Below, piece by piece: positions 1 to 7,206 of a stretch of 25,715 nt of DNA. How positions within the stretch are numbered: the first letter of the stretch is position 1; every line of letters starts with the position of its first letter. The DNA is from a virus (Duplodnaviria > Caudoviricetes): the IMG/VR virus record IMGVR_UViG_3300025264_000101, positions 1 through 25,715 of that record; one strand, 5' to 3'. The notes beneath the pieces were generated by a model that did not search any database, was not told the DNA's origin, and was given only the letters and a program-made list of their open reading frames with translations. Made by a program: the position numbers and the translations under genes.

Positions 1-795
1 CGGGCGGTTTGCTTCCGTGTTCTGAGTATATTGGTCGCGTAATTTCTGGGTTGTTTCCCTTGTATCCTTCCAATCCCTCGCTGTCGGCGTCGGCCATCCC
101 GCCGTCTTGTATTGCTCTGACGGCGGTACTGGCTTGCCCATTAGGTAGCCCGTCATTCGGCTTGACTCCCCGCACTCGTCTGTCACTGGCGTCGGCCATC
201 CCGCTTCCTTCATTCGCGGTGACGGTTGGCCCATGTAGGCGTTCAGATGTTCCGGCAATGGACTTTGCGGCATGTGATCGTTCGCTGATGTTGTCGGCCA
301 CCCGGCTGGCAGCGCCTCCTCCGGTGATAGGCTGTCGCAACCCTTGATGAACTCCGGCGACCTCGGCGGGTTGCCGCGCGCTGTCGGCGTGGCCCACCCA
401 CCATAATCTTTGCCTGATGTGCGGCGCCCCGACGCCCGCAGCCGGTAGATCGGCGGCCCCGACGGCATATCGACTGCTTTCCAGATCAGCGCGAACTCCA
501 GCGAGCCATTCAAGTCCAAGTTTTGAACCAACCTGTTCTCCAAAGACCGTTGTAGGTTGGCACTCGGCGATGAGGCCGTAAAAAGCGGGCCAGATGTGTC
601 GTTCGTCGGCATGGCCTTTTTGCTGTCCCGCGCTCGAAAGCGGCTGACAAGGACATGACCCGGTCCAGACTTCTCTGTCGTCGGGCCATCCTGCAAGTCT
701 GAGGGCGCGGGACCATCCGCCGATCCCGGCGAAGAAGTGAACTTGTCTGTATCCTCTGAGGTCGTCGGCGGGAACATCGAGTATTGATCGCTCAT
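1..795 (-). CDS. Overlapping +1-frame ORF inside the methyltransferase gene, with W(P/A)T(P/T) repeats (possible second MTase subunit)
   Basis: ATG at 795 preceded by AAGGGGG. The frame is stop-free to the window edge: MSDQYSMF...SLENRL...IYRLRASGRRTSGKDYGGWATP...GWPTT...GWPTP...GWPTPTARDWKD. Confidence 0.6.
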   Translation of the reverse strand, partial: MSDQYSMFPPTTSEDTDKFTSSPGSADGPAPSDLQDGPTTEKSGPGHVLVSRFRARDSKKAMPTNDTSGPLFTASSPSANLQRSLENRLVQNLDLNGSLEFALIWKAVDMPSGPPIYRLRASGRRTSGKDYGGWATPTARGNPPRSPEFIKGCDSLSPEEALPAGWPTTSANDHMPQSPLPEHLNAYMGQPSPRMKEAGWPTPVTDECGESSRMTGYLMGKPVPPSEQYKTAGWPTPTARDWKDTRETTQKLRDQYTQNTEANRP

Positions 796-886
796 CAACG
801 TCCCCCTTTGCGATCAGGCCGTCCGCGATCAGCTCTCTGAGCCATGCCGCGGCAAAGGGTTCGAATTCGTTGTAGTAGGCGGTCAT
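1..886 (-). CDS. C5 cytosine DNA methyltransferase (3' end runs off the window)
   Basis: Not in the ORF track; translated by hand from ATG 886, which overlaps the upstream stop (ATGA). Reads MTAYYNEFEPFAAAWLRELIADGLI...HFFAGIGGW (motif I)...GSCPCQPLS (catalytic PC, motif IV)...FGEQV (VI)...HIRQRLWWV (VIII). No stop before position 1. Confidence 0.9.
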   Translation of the reverse strand, partial: MTAYYNEFEPFAAAWLRELIADGLIAKGDVDERSILDVPADDLRGYRQVHFFAGIGGWSRALRLAGWPDDREVWTGSCPCQPLSSAGQQKGHADERHIWPAFYGLIAECQPTTVFGEQVGSKLGLEWLAGVRADLESSRYAVGAADLPAAGVGAPHIRQRLWWVGHADSARQPAEVAGVHQGLRQPITGGGAASRVADNISERSHAAKSIAGTSERLHGPTVTANEGSGMADASDRRVRGVKPNDGLPNGQASTAVRAIQDGGMADADSEGLEGYKGNNPEITRPIYSEHGSKPP

Positions 887-1155
887 TCTTCATCTGCCGC
901 CAACTCGCCAGCCAATGCCTTGTAGCCACAGCCGTCCGTATAGTTGTCCATTTCCTTTGGACTGGCGTTCGTTCTACAGGTCTTGGCCCAATCAAAACAC
1001 AGACCGACCTTGTAGATTGGAATTTCAACTCCAAGAATGACTTCCCAGCCCTTCGCTATATTGGTGAAGTTTTCTTTCGCGTCGCCATGCTGCTTATGGC
1101 GGTCGCCAGAAATCAGGCTGGACGCTTCTTTTAAGATCCGTTTCCGCGCCTTCAT
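883..1155 (-). CDS. DUF6378-like phage protein (90 aa)
   Basis: ILKEASSLISGDRHKQHGD...NF..IA..W...DNYTDGCGYKAL pattern. ATG 1155 overlaps the RusA stop, so the track's start at 1416 is probably too early. Confidence 0.75.
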   Translation of the reverse strand: MKARKRILKEASSLISGDRHKQHGDAKENFTNIAKGWEVILGVEIPIYKVGLCFDWAKTCRTNASPKEMDNYTDGCGYKALAGELAADEE

Positions 1156-1604
1156 GCCAAATCTTCCTTGGCGATATTTTTGGCGGCGTGAATTTTCAGC
1201 GGTGTGATTTTCACCTGTACGCAATCCCGGTAGCCGTAGGATTTTTTGATATCCATTTCGGTAATCTGGGAATCGTCTTCGTAGACGATCCCATTCAGCG
1301 CATCGCTGATTGCCTTGCCAAGATTGTCCAGATCCGGTCGGTGTGTATGGCCTAGCAGCCCAGCTTGTGCGGCCAGCCGTTTCCATGTCGGCCACGAAGC
1401 CGGAACTCTGAAACATGCCATCACCTCCATTTTGACTGCACCGCCTAGCGGCGGCTTGCTCTGCATTTCGCGTCTGGCGATTTCAGCAACGCGGTCTTCA
1501 TACTGTTTGGTTTTTTTGGGCGTGTAGGTACGCCTCCTTGAAAACCGCGGACGGCCCTTTGCGACGGGTTCAGACCAGATGATGAAGACAACCGGATCGC
1601 GCAT
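1152..1604 (-). CDS. rusA: RusA-family Holliday junction resolvase
   Basis: EPVAKGRPRF, YTPKKTKQYE and PDLDNLGKAISDALNGIVYEDDSQI motifs. Confidence 0.9.
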   Translation of the reverse strand: MRDPVVFIIWSEPVAKGRPRFSRRRTYTPKKTKQYEDRVAEIARREMQSKPPLGGAVKMEVMACFRVPASWPTWKRLAAQAGLLGHTHRPDLDNLGKAISDALNGIVYEDDSQITEMDIKKSYGYRDCVQVKITPLKIHAAKNIAKEDLA

Positions 1605-1798
1605 TACTCCGGCAGATCCATAAAATCATCGGCAGTGACGTGGCCGTGGGTCTGTTCCCAGATCCGCGTCATGATTTTTTTCGTGGGGAAGCGGTCGCCT
1701 GCGCAATATCTGTTTACTGCCTGACGGCTGGTGCCAATCTGGCGGGCGAAAGCTGCGCGGGTGGTGGAATTTTCTTCAATGAAGTCGGTCAATTTCAT
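1604..1798 (-). CDS. Cro-like HTH regulator
   Basis: 64 aa with an HTH (RAAFARQIGTSRQAVNRYCAGDRFP), divergent from a CI-type repressor. Confidence 0.85.
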   Translation of the reverse strand: MKLTDFIEENSTTRAAFARQIGTSRQAVNRYCAGDRFPTKKIMTRIWEQTHGHVTADDFMDLPE

Positions 1799-1804
1799 GG
1801 CGCG

Positions 1805-1833
1805 ACCATACGCACCTAAATGGTGCGGGTCAA
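1805..1833 (-). promoter_or_regulatory. Lytic (cro) promoter with an operator in its spacer
   Basis: Minus strand reads TTGACC-N17-TATGGT. The 17-bp spacer (1811-1827) is the palindrome CGCACC-TAAAT-GGTGCG. Confidence 0.7.
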
Positions 1834-1841
1834 TTATAAAA

Positions 1842-1887
1842 TGTCACCAAATTGGCGACAGACAAAAAATAATACTACATCTATGAT
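1842..1887 (+). promoter_or_regulatory. Second operator and candidate PRM-like cI promoter
   Basis: Near-palindrome TGTCACCA-AAT-TGGCGACA (1842-1860) overlapping the start of CAGACA-N17-TATGAT (1859-1887). The cI ATG is at 1893. Confidence 0.6.
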
Positions 1888-1892
1888 TGACC

Positions 1893-2549
1893 ATGAAAAA
1901 TCGAATCAAGGAATTCCGCACGACGAGGGGCTGGAGCCAGGAAAAATTAGCCCAGTCTGTAACTCCTGCATCCACACGTCAGCAAATCGCCCGACTGGAA
2001 ACCGGCCAGCGCCGACTGACCATGGAATGGCTGACCAGGCTGGCTACAGCATTACATTGCGCACCAGCGGATTTTTTTTCTGGTACTGAACAACCGCCTT
2101 CAATTCCTTCTGGTACAGTCGCCATGGTGCAAGAAGTCGATGTTTTTGCGAGTGCGGGCGCCGGTAGTGTTATCGACCATGAGAATGACGGCCAGCAGTG
2201 GGCTTTCCCCGCCGGTTGGGTGCGGGCTGAATTATCCGCTCCCGTTTCTGATCTGCGTATCATCACCATCGAAGGTGATTCCATGCAATCGGAACCGTCT
2301 CGGCGCGGAGACTTAGATCCTGGCGATAAGGTGATCGTAAACATCGCCGCCAGGTCGCCAACGCCGCCAGGCATTTTTATTGTCCATGACGGTATCGGTC
2401 TGGTCGCCAAGCGGGTGATGTTTCTTTCTGGTAGTGATCCCCATGCCGTTCGTCTTGTTTCGAATAATTCCGAATACCCCGACTACGAACTCACTGCTGA
2501 AGAAGTTCACATCATTGGTCGCGTGGTCGGACGCTGGCAGCGTCTATAA
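1893..2549 (+). CDS. CI-like phage repressor (HTH plus S24 peptidase)
   Basis: N-terminal HTH (IKEFRTTRGWSQEKLA...RQQIARLETG), cleavage region ASAGAG, catalytic GDSM and VAKR. ATG 1893 preferred over TTG 1887. Confidence 0.92.
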   Translation: MKNRIKEFRTTRGWSQEKLAQSVTPASTRQQIARLETGQRRLTMEWLTRLATALHCAPADFFSGTEQPPSIPSGTVAMVQEVDVFASAGAGSVIDHENDGQQWAFPAGWVRAELSAPVSDLRIITIEGDSMQSEPSRRGDLDPGDKVIVNIAARSPTPPGIFIVHDGIGLVAKRVMFLSGSDPHAVRLVSNNSEYPDYELTAEEVHIIGRVVGRWQRL

Positions 2550-2575
2550 AAAAATGGCCCGATGCACCATGATTA

Positions 2576-2736
2576 CTCCGTAAACAAATAGGGTATTTAA
2601 TTGCGGAGGGATGGAGCCGGGGTATTTCCCTGCAAAAGTCCCCTGCAAAACTCTCTTTTTGCCCGGAAGTTTTGCCGGGAGAACCGGGCTAAACAAATAG
2701 GCTATTTAAATAGGCAGGTTTTTTTATTGCCGTCCC
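2576..2736 (+). repeat. Intergenic structured/repeat element downstream of cI
   Basis: 20-bp direct repeat TAAACAAATAGG(G/C)TATTTAA at 2581 and 2690, flanking a long imperfect inverted repeat (2615-2690) with paired GCAAAA/TTTTGC units. Confidence 0.5.
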
Positions 2737-2751
2737 GATGCTCCCCTGATC

Positions 2752-2805
2752 TGTCACCATTTTGGTTTTTATATCTTGACTTGTCACCATAATGGTGCGC
2801 ATGAT
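2752..2805 (+). promoter_or_regulatory. Early (PL-like) promoter with two operators
   Basis: TGTCACCA-TTT-TGGTT (2752) and TGTCACCA-TAA-TGGTGCGC (2782) match the cro/cI operators. TTGACT (2776) and CATGAT (2800) bracket the second site. Confidence 0.7.
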
Positions 2806-2810
2806 GCGAC

Positions 2811-3011
2811 ATGCACCAGGAAATCACAGCGACATGGCGACACTTTGTACAGACGCGCCTAGACGACGTTCTCAATGAAATCGACTACCTGGACGCCGGA
2901 GAAACCACCTACAGCAACCGCGATACCCGCGACCGGATGAAACAACTCTGGGAAGCCAGAAATGTCTTCCGCCGCGAACTGGCGCTGCTGACGCCTGACG
3001 AGGCCGCCTGA
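2811..3011 (+). CDS. Hypothetical early protein
   Basis: 66-aa ORF directly after the promoter; its stop overlaps the next start (TGATG). Confidence 0.7.
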   Translation: MHQEITATWRHFVQTRLDDVLNEIDYLDAGETTYSNRDTRDRMKQLWEARNVFRRELALLTPDEAA

Positions 3012-3235
3012 TGACTGACGGGGTTTACCATCGCGGCTACCTGCCGATCGACTGCGGCGATGAAGCGCGCCGGAAAACGGACCTGACAGAAGAACAAAGG
3101 TCTCTTTGTGAACTGCGTGACGCCATGTGGCTCCGGTCGGAAAGAGGCCAGGTCCATCTTTTTCAGAAGCGCCATGGCGAACTTGATTACAGCTACATCG
3201 CCGTGGCCATCCCACCAACAGAGGTCAAAAAATGA
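3011..3235 (+). CDS. Hypothetical phage protein
   Basis: 74 aa, translationally coupled at both ends. YHRGYL..D / GQVHLFQKR / YIAV pattern resembles small alphaproteobacterial phage proteins. Confidence 0.7.
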   Translation: MTDGVYHRGYLPIDCGDEARRKTDLTEEQRSLCELRDAMWLRSERGQVHLFQKRHGELDYSYIAVAIPPTEVKK

Positions 3236-3495
3236 AATCCGAATACGAGCCGCAGCTTGGCGATCAGGTTGTTTACAGCACTGATTACAAGCGCCGTGAA
3301 GGCCGAATTGTCGGTCGCACGGTTGAATTAGACCCGAAATTCAATGTGGAAATTTATGAAGCCATTTTGCCGAATACAGAAAAAAAGAAATTAGTTGTCA
3401 CCAATGTGCCGATGACAGCGTTACGCAAAAAGGAACAGAAAAAATGCCCGACACAAAAGACGACGGCATCATTCACATTGACGACAGTCGCGTAA
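3232..3495 (+). CDS. Hypothetical protein
   Basis: GAGG RBS, ATGA overlap, beta-rich N-terminus. Confidence 0.65.
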   Translation: MKSEYEPQLGDQVVYSTDYKRREGRIVGRTVELDPKFNVEIYEAILPNTEKKKLVVTNVPMTALRKKEQKKCPTQKTTASFTLTTVA

Positions 3496-3605
3496 AGATC
3501 ATTTGCCCAGAATGTCATGGCAACGGCTTCTATCGAGAAGTCGATGACCACGGTTCACTTGTAATCAAACAGTGCCAGCGGTGCGACAGCGAGGGTGAAC
3601 TATGA
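3444..3605 (+). CDS. Small DnaJ-type zinc-finger protein (53 aa)
   Basis: Not in the track. MPDTKDDG...ICPECHGNGFY...QCQRCDSEGEL has two CxxC motifs; AAGGA RBS. Confidence 0.75.
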   Translation: MPDTKDDGIIHIDDSRVKIICPECHGNGFYREVDDHGSLVIKQCQRCDSEGEL

Positions 3606-3706
3606 TCGCGCGAATTTCCCAGCACCTTGTTGAAGGTGTTCTTTTCAGCGTTGTCGTCTTGTCGCTAATTTTTTGGGCTGACATTTTAGAGACGTTGCTG
3701 AAATGA
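3602..3706 (+). CDS. Small single-pass membrane protein (34 aa)
   Basis: Not in the track. MIARISQHLVEGVLFSVVVLSLIFWADILETLLK, with ATGA overlaps at both ends. Confidence 0.6.
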   Translation: MIARISQHLVEGVLFSVVVLSLIFWADILETLLK

Positions 3707-3942
3707 CGGCAACCTCAGCACAATGGTCTTGTGCCTGCGGCTATAGCGGCGCCATGGGAGTGACGGATAGCCGCTGGTCTTTTTCACGGGACTGCGTACG
3801 CCGCCGTCGCGAATGCCCGAAGTGTCAACATAAATTTACGACGTACGAAACAACTGAATGCCAGCCAATTCTCACGTTGGTATCACCTGAGGAAAAACAA
3901 CTTCTGGATTTCATTGGCACTTGGATGCAGCGGCATGACTAG
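3703..3942 (+). CDS. NrdR-type zinc-ribbon protein (no ATP-cone)
   Basis: CAC...VTDSR...VRRRRECPKCQHKFTTYE matches the NrdR N-terminal zinc ribbon; only 79 aa. Confidence 0.75.
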   Translation: MTATSAQWSCACGYSGAMGVTDSRWSFSRDCVRRRRECPKCQHKFTTYETTECQPILTLVSPEEKQLLDFIGTWMQRHD

Positions 3943-4741
3943 CGCGCTTGAACGCCACAACATATTTTGGCTGTCATCATCTTCCTTGAACTTGGCAAGG
4001 GCGTCTCTGGCTCTGTGGATGCTTCAGTACCTGTACAAAATTCGCGGCCCTGCATCGCTTCATATGTATCGCGGGATTGCCGGCGAAGACGGCGTTGCCG
4101 CTGCGCTGGCCAACCCCGACATGGAAATCGAAGAAGCCATTGCCATCTCCGAAAGTGTTCTGAAAAGCAATACAACCGGCGGCAAGATCACCGGCAGCAA
4201 ATTCGACCCGGATGAGGTTGAGAAGACGCGCCAGCTTCTGGCCGGATATTCAACCAGCCGCATGGAATACCCCGGCGTCGTTCGTAATGCCGTTGAAGCG
4301 TTGCGCCCATATGGCAAGCCATCGTCCGCCCAGGAACGCATTGAAGTCATGCTTGAAGGTGTGCCGGTGCCGATCACCGGCTTCAAGGATTTCAGCTATG
4401 ACGACCACGGCGTTGATATCGATCTGAAATGCCCAGCGAAGTTGCCGTCATTCATGGCCGCGGATCACAGGCTACAGGGGTCAATCTACTGGGCGGCCAG
4501 CGGCAACCGGGCGCAGCGTTTTTGTTACGCCACCGCCAAGGAAGCACAAATTCTGGAGCTGGATGCCGATACCTGCCGCACATCATTGCGCACGGCAACG
4601 GGCATCGCGCAGACCCTTGAAAGATTTTTGTCCATTTCCAATGACCCCGCCGAATTGGCGGCACTGGTTATCCCTGACTATTCGGGGTTCCGGTGGTCAG
4701 AGCCGCAAATTGAAGAAGCACAGAAAATTTTTGGATTTTAA
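3935..4741 (+). CDS. PD-(D/E)XK exonuclease (RecB/Cas4-like recombination nuclease)
   Basis: LSSSSLN, MYRGIAGE, QERIEV, ITGFKDF, DIDLK and HRLQGSIY motifs. ATG 3935 preferred as start. Confidence 0.75.
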   Translation: MTSALERHNIFWLSSSSLNLARASLALWMLQYLYKIRGPASLHMYRGIAGEDGVAAALANPDMEIEEAIAISESVLKSNTTGGKITGSKFDPDEVEKTRQLLAGYSTSRMEYPGVVRNAVEALRPYGKPSSAQERIEVMLEGVPVPITGFKDFSYDDHGVDIDLKCPAKLPSFMAADHRLQGSIYWAASGNRAQRFCYATAKEAQILELDADTCRTSLRTATGIAQTLERFLSISNDPAELAALVIPDYSGFRWSEPQIEEAQKIFGF

Positions 4742-4765
4742 CCCCAGAGCAAAGGAGAAAAGATC

Positions 4766-5398
4766 ATGGGACTGGGACTGAATATTGGTAACAGTGAAGG
4801 GGGGGATTTTCTTCCCATAATAAAATTTGACGCCAGAGCCGGGAGATGGTCCCGCATAGACCGTTCGCAAGATGCGTCCGGAATATGGGGATCTGACGCT
4901 GTCGACATCACGGCGAGTTTTTCCGCTGCATTCGATGTCGCGGATTGCGAGGTCGGCTGGCTTAAATTCTATGAAGGCGTCAGCAAGGTATTGGTCCCCA
5001 TGGGCGAGCCATTACCGCCGCAGACATCTCCGGATCACAAGCAGGGTTTTTCCATGACTGTTAAATTGTCTGCTGACTGCGGTGGCGATCTGCGTGAATT
5101 TTCCTCATCGGCAAAAGTGGTCTGCGCAGCGATGGATGCGCTGGTAGACAAGGTGGAAGCATCGCCGGAATACAAAGAGGCGAAAATTCCGATCATCGGC
5201 TGCGCAAGCAGCAATGCTGTCGTGACGAAAACGCCAGGGGGGACCACAACTAACTACGCCCCTGTTTTTGAAATCACCGGCTGGATCACCCGAGATCAAT
5301 TCGGAACCCAGCCAGAACCTGCGGTTGAACAGCCAGCGGCAGTTGTGCCGCCGTCACCACCTCCTCCGGCTGGTGCGGTTGCCGCTTCACAGTTCTAA
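4766..5398 (+). CDS. Putative ssDNA-binding/annealing protein
   Basis: AAGGAG RBS; follows the exonuclease; beta-rich core and a Pro/Ala-rich tail ending in F. Function inferred from context. Confidence 0.55.
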   Translation: MGLGLNIGNSEGGDFLPIIKFDARAGRWSRIDRSQDASGIWGSDAVDITASFSAAFDVADCEVGWLKFYEGVSKVLVPMGEPLPPQTSPDHKQGFSMTVKLSADCGGDLREFSSSAKVVCAAMDALVDKVEASPEYKEAKIPIIGCASSNAVVTKTPGGTTTNYAPVFEITGWITRDQFGTQPEPAVEQPAAVVPPSPPPPAGAVAASQF

Positions 5399-5409
5399 CG
5401 GCAGTAGGG

Positions 5410-5446
5410 ACCGGGCGGCGCTAACAACGCCGTCCGGTATTTTTTT
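5410..5446 (+). terminator. Rho-independent terminator immediately before xis
   Basis: ACCGGGCGGCG-CTAACAA-CGCCGTCCGGT followed by A and T7. Confidence 0.75.
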
Positions 5447-5671
5447 ATGAGATTAATCAACAAGCGGCAACTGGCGGATTATTTATCCGTCAGCCTAACG
5501 ACCATTGGCCGCATGGCCAAAAGAGGTGAATTGCCTGACCCCATCAGACTGGGGCCGGGGATCGTCAGGTGGGATTTGCAAAAAATTGATTTATTGATCG
5601 ATTCCAAATCAACAACAAGCGGGTATGATGATCCGGACATACAACTATTGAAAAAGGTGAATCATGGATAA
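5447..5671 (+). CDS. AlpA/Xis-type excisionase
   Basis: LINKRQLADYLSVSLTTIGRMAKRGELPDPIRLGPGIVRW; overlaps the integrase start. Confidence 0.85.
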   Translation: MRLINKRQLADYLSVSLTTIGRMAKRGELPDPIRLGPGIVRWDLQKIDLLIDSKSTTSGYDDPDIQLLKKVNHG

Positions 5672-6524
5672 ACGACGGAAATATATTCTGGAAGGTTCTC
5701 TTGGAGCCTTGATCCAGGAATACCGCGCCAGCCCGGAATTTGACCGGCTGGTTGACGGAACCAGACAAGCCTATCTGAGATCGATAGATCGGCTGACGCC
5801 GCTATACCGCGTCAAGGTTGATGAAATCCGGCGGCGGCATATCATCACGCTCAGAAATCAGATCCGCCAGACCCCGGGCGCGGCAAATCATCTGGTTTCA
5901 GTTGTCAGCGTGTTGATGAAATTTGCGGTGATGATGGAGTATCGGGACGACCTGCTGGCGGGAATTGAAAAGCTGCCGATTGGCGAGCATAGCAGATGGT
6001 CAGATCAGGATGTGGAATTTGCCCTGGATAATTTTCCAGAGCATCTCAGGCGGGCTGTCGTTCTGGCCCTTCACACCGGCCAACGCGCCAGTGACCTGGT
6101 CAAGATGAAGTGGTCTGATTTTGATGGCGAAGGCATCACGGTCACCCAGAAGAAGACCGGCACCAGTTTGTGGCTGCCGTGCAATTTGGAATTGCGGCAA
6201 GAACTGGAAGCGTGGAAGGTGGACAGAACGACCATGACAATTCTGTCCAGGCCGAGTGGCCAGCCTTATTCCGCGACGGCGTTATGCGGTGCAATGTCAA
6301 AAATGATTGCCAGATGCCAGCCAAAATTACTTGGCTTGCGCTTTCATGGCTTGCGGATGACTGCCGCCGCCAAGCTGGCGGAAGCCGGTTGCTCTGTTCA
6401 CGAGATTGCATCAATCACCGGCCACAAGAGTTTGCAGATGATCGAGCATTACACGGCTGGTGCAGACCAGATCCGGCGGGCAAAAGCCGCCATTGTAAAA
6501 TTGGAACAATATTCGGCTAATTAA
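5664..6524 (+). CDS. Tyrosine recombinase/integrase (286 aa)
   Basis: Catalytic motifs TGQRASDL (R), QKKTG (K), FHGLR (HxxR), TGHKS (H) and EHYT (Y). Confidence 0.93.
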   Translation: MDKRRKYILEGSLGALIQEYRASPEFDRLVDGTRQAYLRSIDRLTPLYRVKVDEIRRRHIITLRNQIRQTPGAANHLVSVVSVLMKFAVMMEYRDDLLAGIEKLPIGEHSRWSDQDVEFALDNFPEHLRRAVVLALHTGQRASDLVKMKWSDFDGEGITVTQKKTGTSLWLPCNLELRQELEAWKVDRTTMTILSRPSGQPYSATALCGAMSKMIARCQPKLLGLRFHGLRMTAAAKLAEAGCSVHEIASITGHKSLQMIEHYTAGADQIRRAKAAIVKLEQYSAN

Positions 6525-6528
6525 GCCA

Positions 6529-6597
6529 TAACCCATTGATTTATATATGAATCATAACATGATTGATATCATGCGTTCATTATAAATCAAACACTTA
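6529..6597. other. Candidate attP / recombination site
   Basis: AT-rich region directly after int. Two oppositely oriented matches to the IHF consensus WATCAANNNNTTR (6529-6541 minus, 6585-6597 plus) flank the inverted repeat CATGA-TTGATA-TCATG (6558-6573). Confidence 0.6.
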
Positions 6598-6598
6598 C

Positions 6599-6639
6599 GG
6601 GGCAATAGGCGCGCATGGCGTGTCTATTGCCCCCTTTTT
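6599..6639 (+). terminator. Rho-independent terminator after int/att
   Basis: GGGGCAATAGGCGCGC-ATG-GCGTGTCTATTGCCCC followed by CTTTTT. Confidence 0.85.
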
Positions 6640-6767
6640 GTTCTACTTGCCGGTTGCTCTCCTTTTCATTGTTGAACATTTTTACAAAAACTTAAATGGG
6701 GGTGAAAAAAGCCCTTGTAAAAACATTATATGCACCCATATAAAGGGTGTAGCAAAGGAGAAAATCG

Positions 6768-7124
6768 ATGAAAAAGATCACTTTCAAAGGCAAAACCGAA
6801 AAGATCACCGCGCCTGAAGAGCGGTGCTTGCGCCAGATGGCCAGTAACGGCTTCGCAGCCGCAGTTTCTGATTTTTCGAGCCATCACCGCGGTGGCTGGC
6901 TTTCCACCGATTTGCCGCAAAATCCTGACCGGCTTGAGGCGCTGGGTATTCGCGTCGAATATAATCCGGCCAAAAGGCCATGGATTGTCGAAACCGCACC
7001 ATCGTCGCAGGCTGAAAAACGAGCCGCTAGGCTTTTTGCTGCGAGGCCTCGCGTTCAGCAGGCCGCGGTCGGCAATCCCCGCCGGATCAACGCGATATTG
7101 GCACGGCTGGAAGAGAATAGCTAA
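6768..7124 (+). CDS. Hypothetical accessory protein
   Basis: AAGGAG RBS, AT-rich upstream region with TTGTAA...TATAAA; 118 aa with no recognisable motif. Confidence 0.7.
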   Translation: MKKITFKGKTEKITAPEERCLRQMASNGFAAAVSDFSSHHRGGWLSTDLPQNPDRLEALGIRVEYNPAKRPWIVETAPSSQAEKRAARLFAARPRVQQAAVGNPRRINAILARLEENS

Positions 7125-7206
7125 TCCCCGCCCCACCGGCCTAAACGGCCCTCTTGCCCCGATTTTAGAGCGGGGCATTTGGGGTGAAAGTAATTTGGAG
7201 AAGGTT

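Noticed and set aside
9-347. Plus-strand ORF 9..347 and other antisense ORFs across the late operon
   Set aside because: These are shadow frames of GC-rich coding genes, with no RBS or recognisable motifs.
883-1416. 177-aa track ORF
   Set aside because: The N-terminal half overlaps rusA in another frame; the coupled ATG at 1155 gives a coherent 90-aa protein.
2581-2709. 20-bp direct repeat pair as a mini-CRISPR
   Set aside because: Only two copies, an 89-nt structured spacer, and no cas genes; the 3935..4741 nuclease sits in a recombination context.
6892-7206. N-terminal part of track ORF 6892..7392, and antisense ORF 6726..7178
   Set aside because: They overlap the RBS-supported 6768..7124 gene, and a good RBS precedes ATG 7207.
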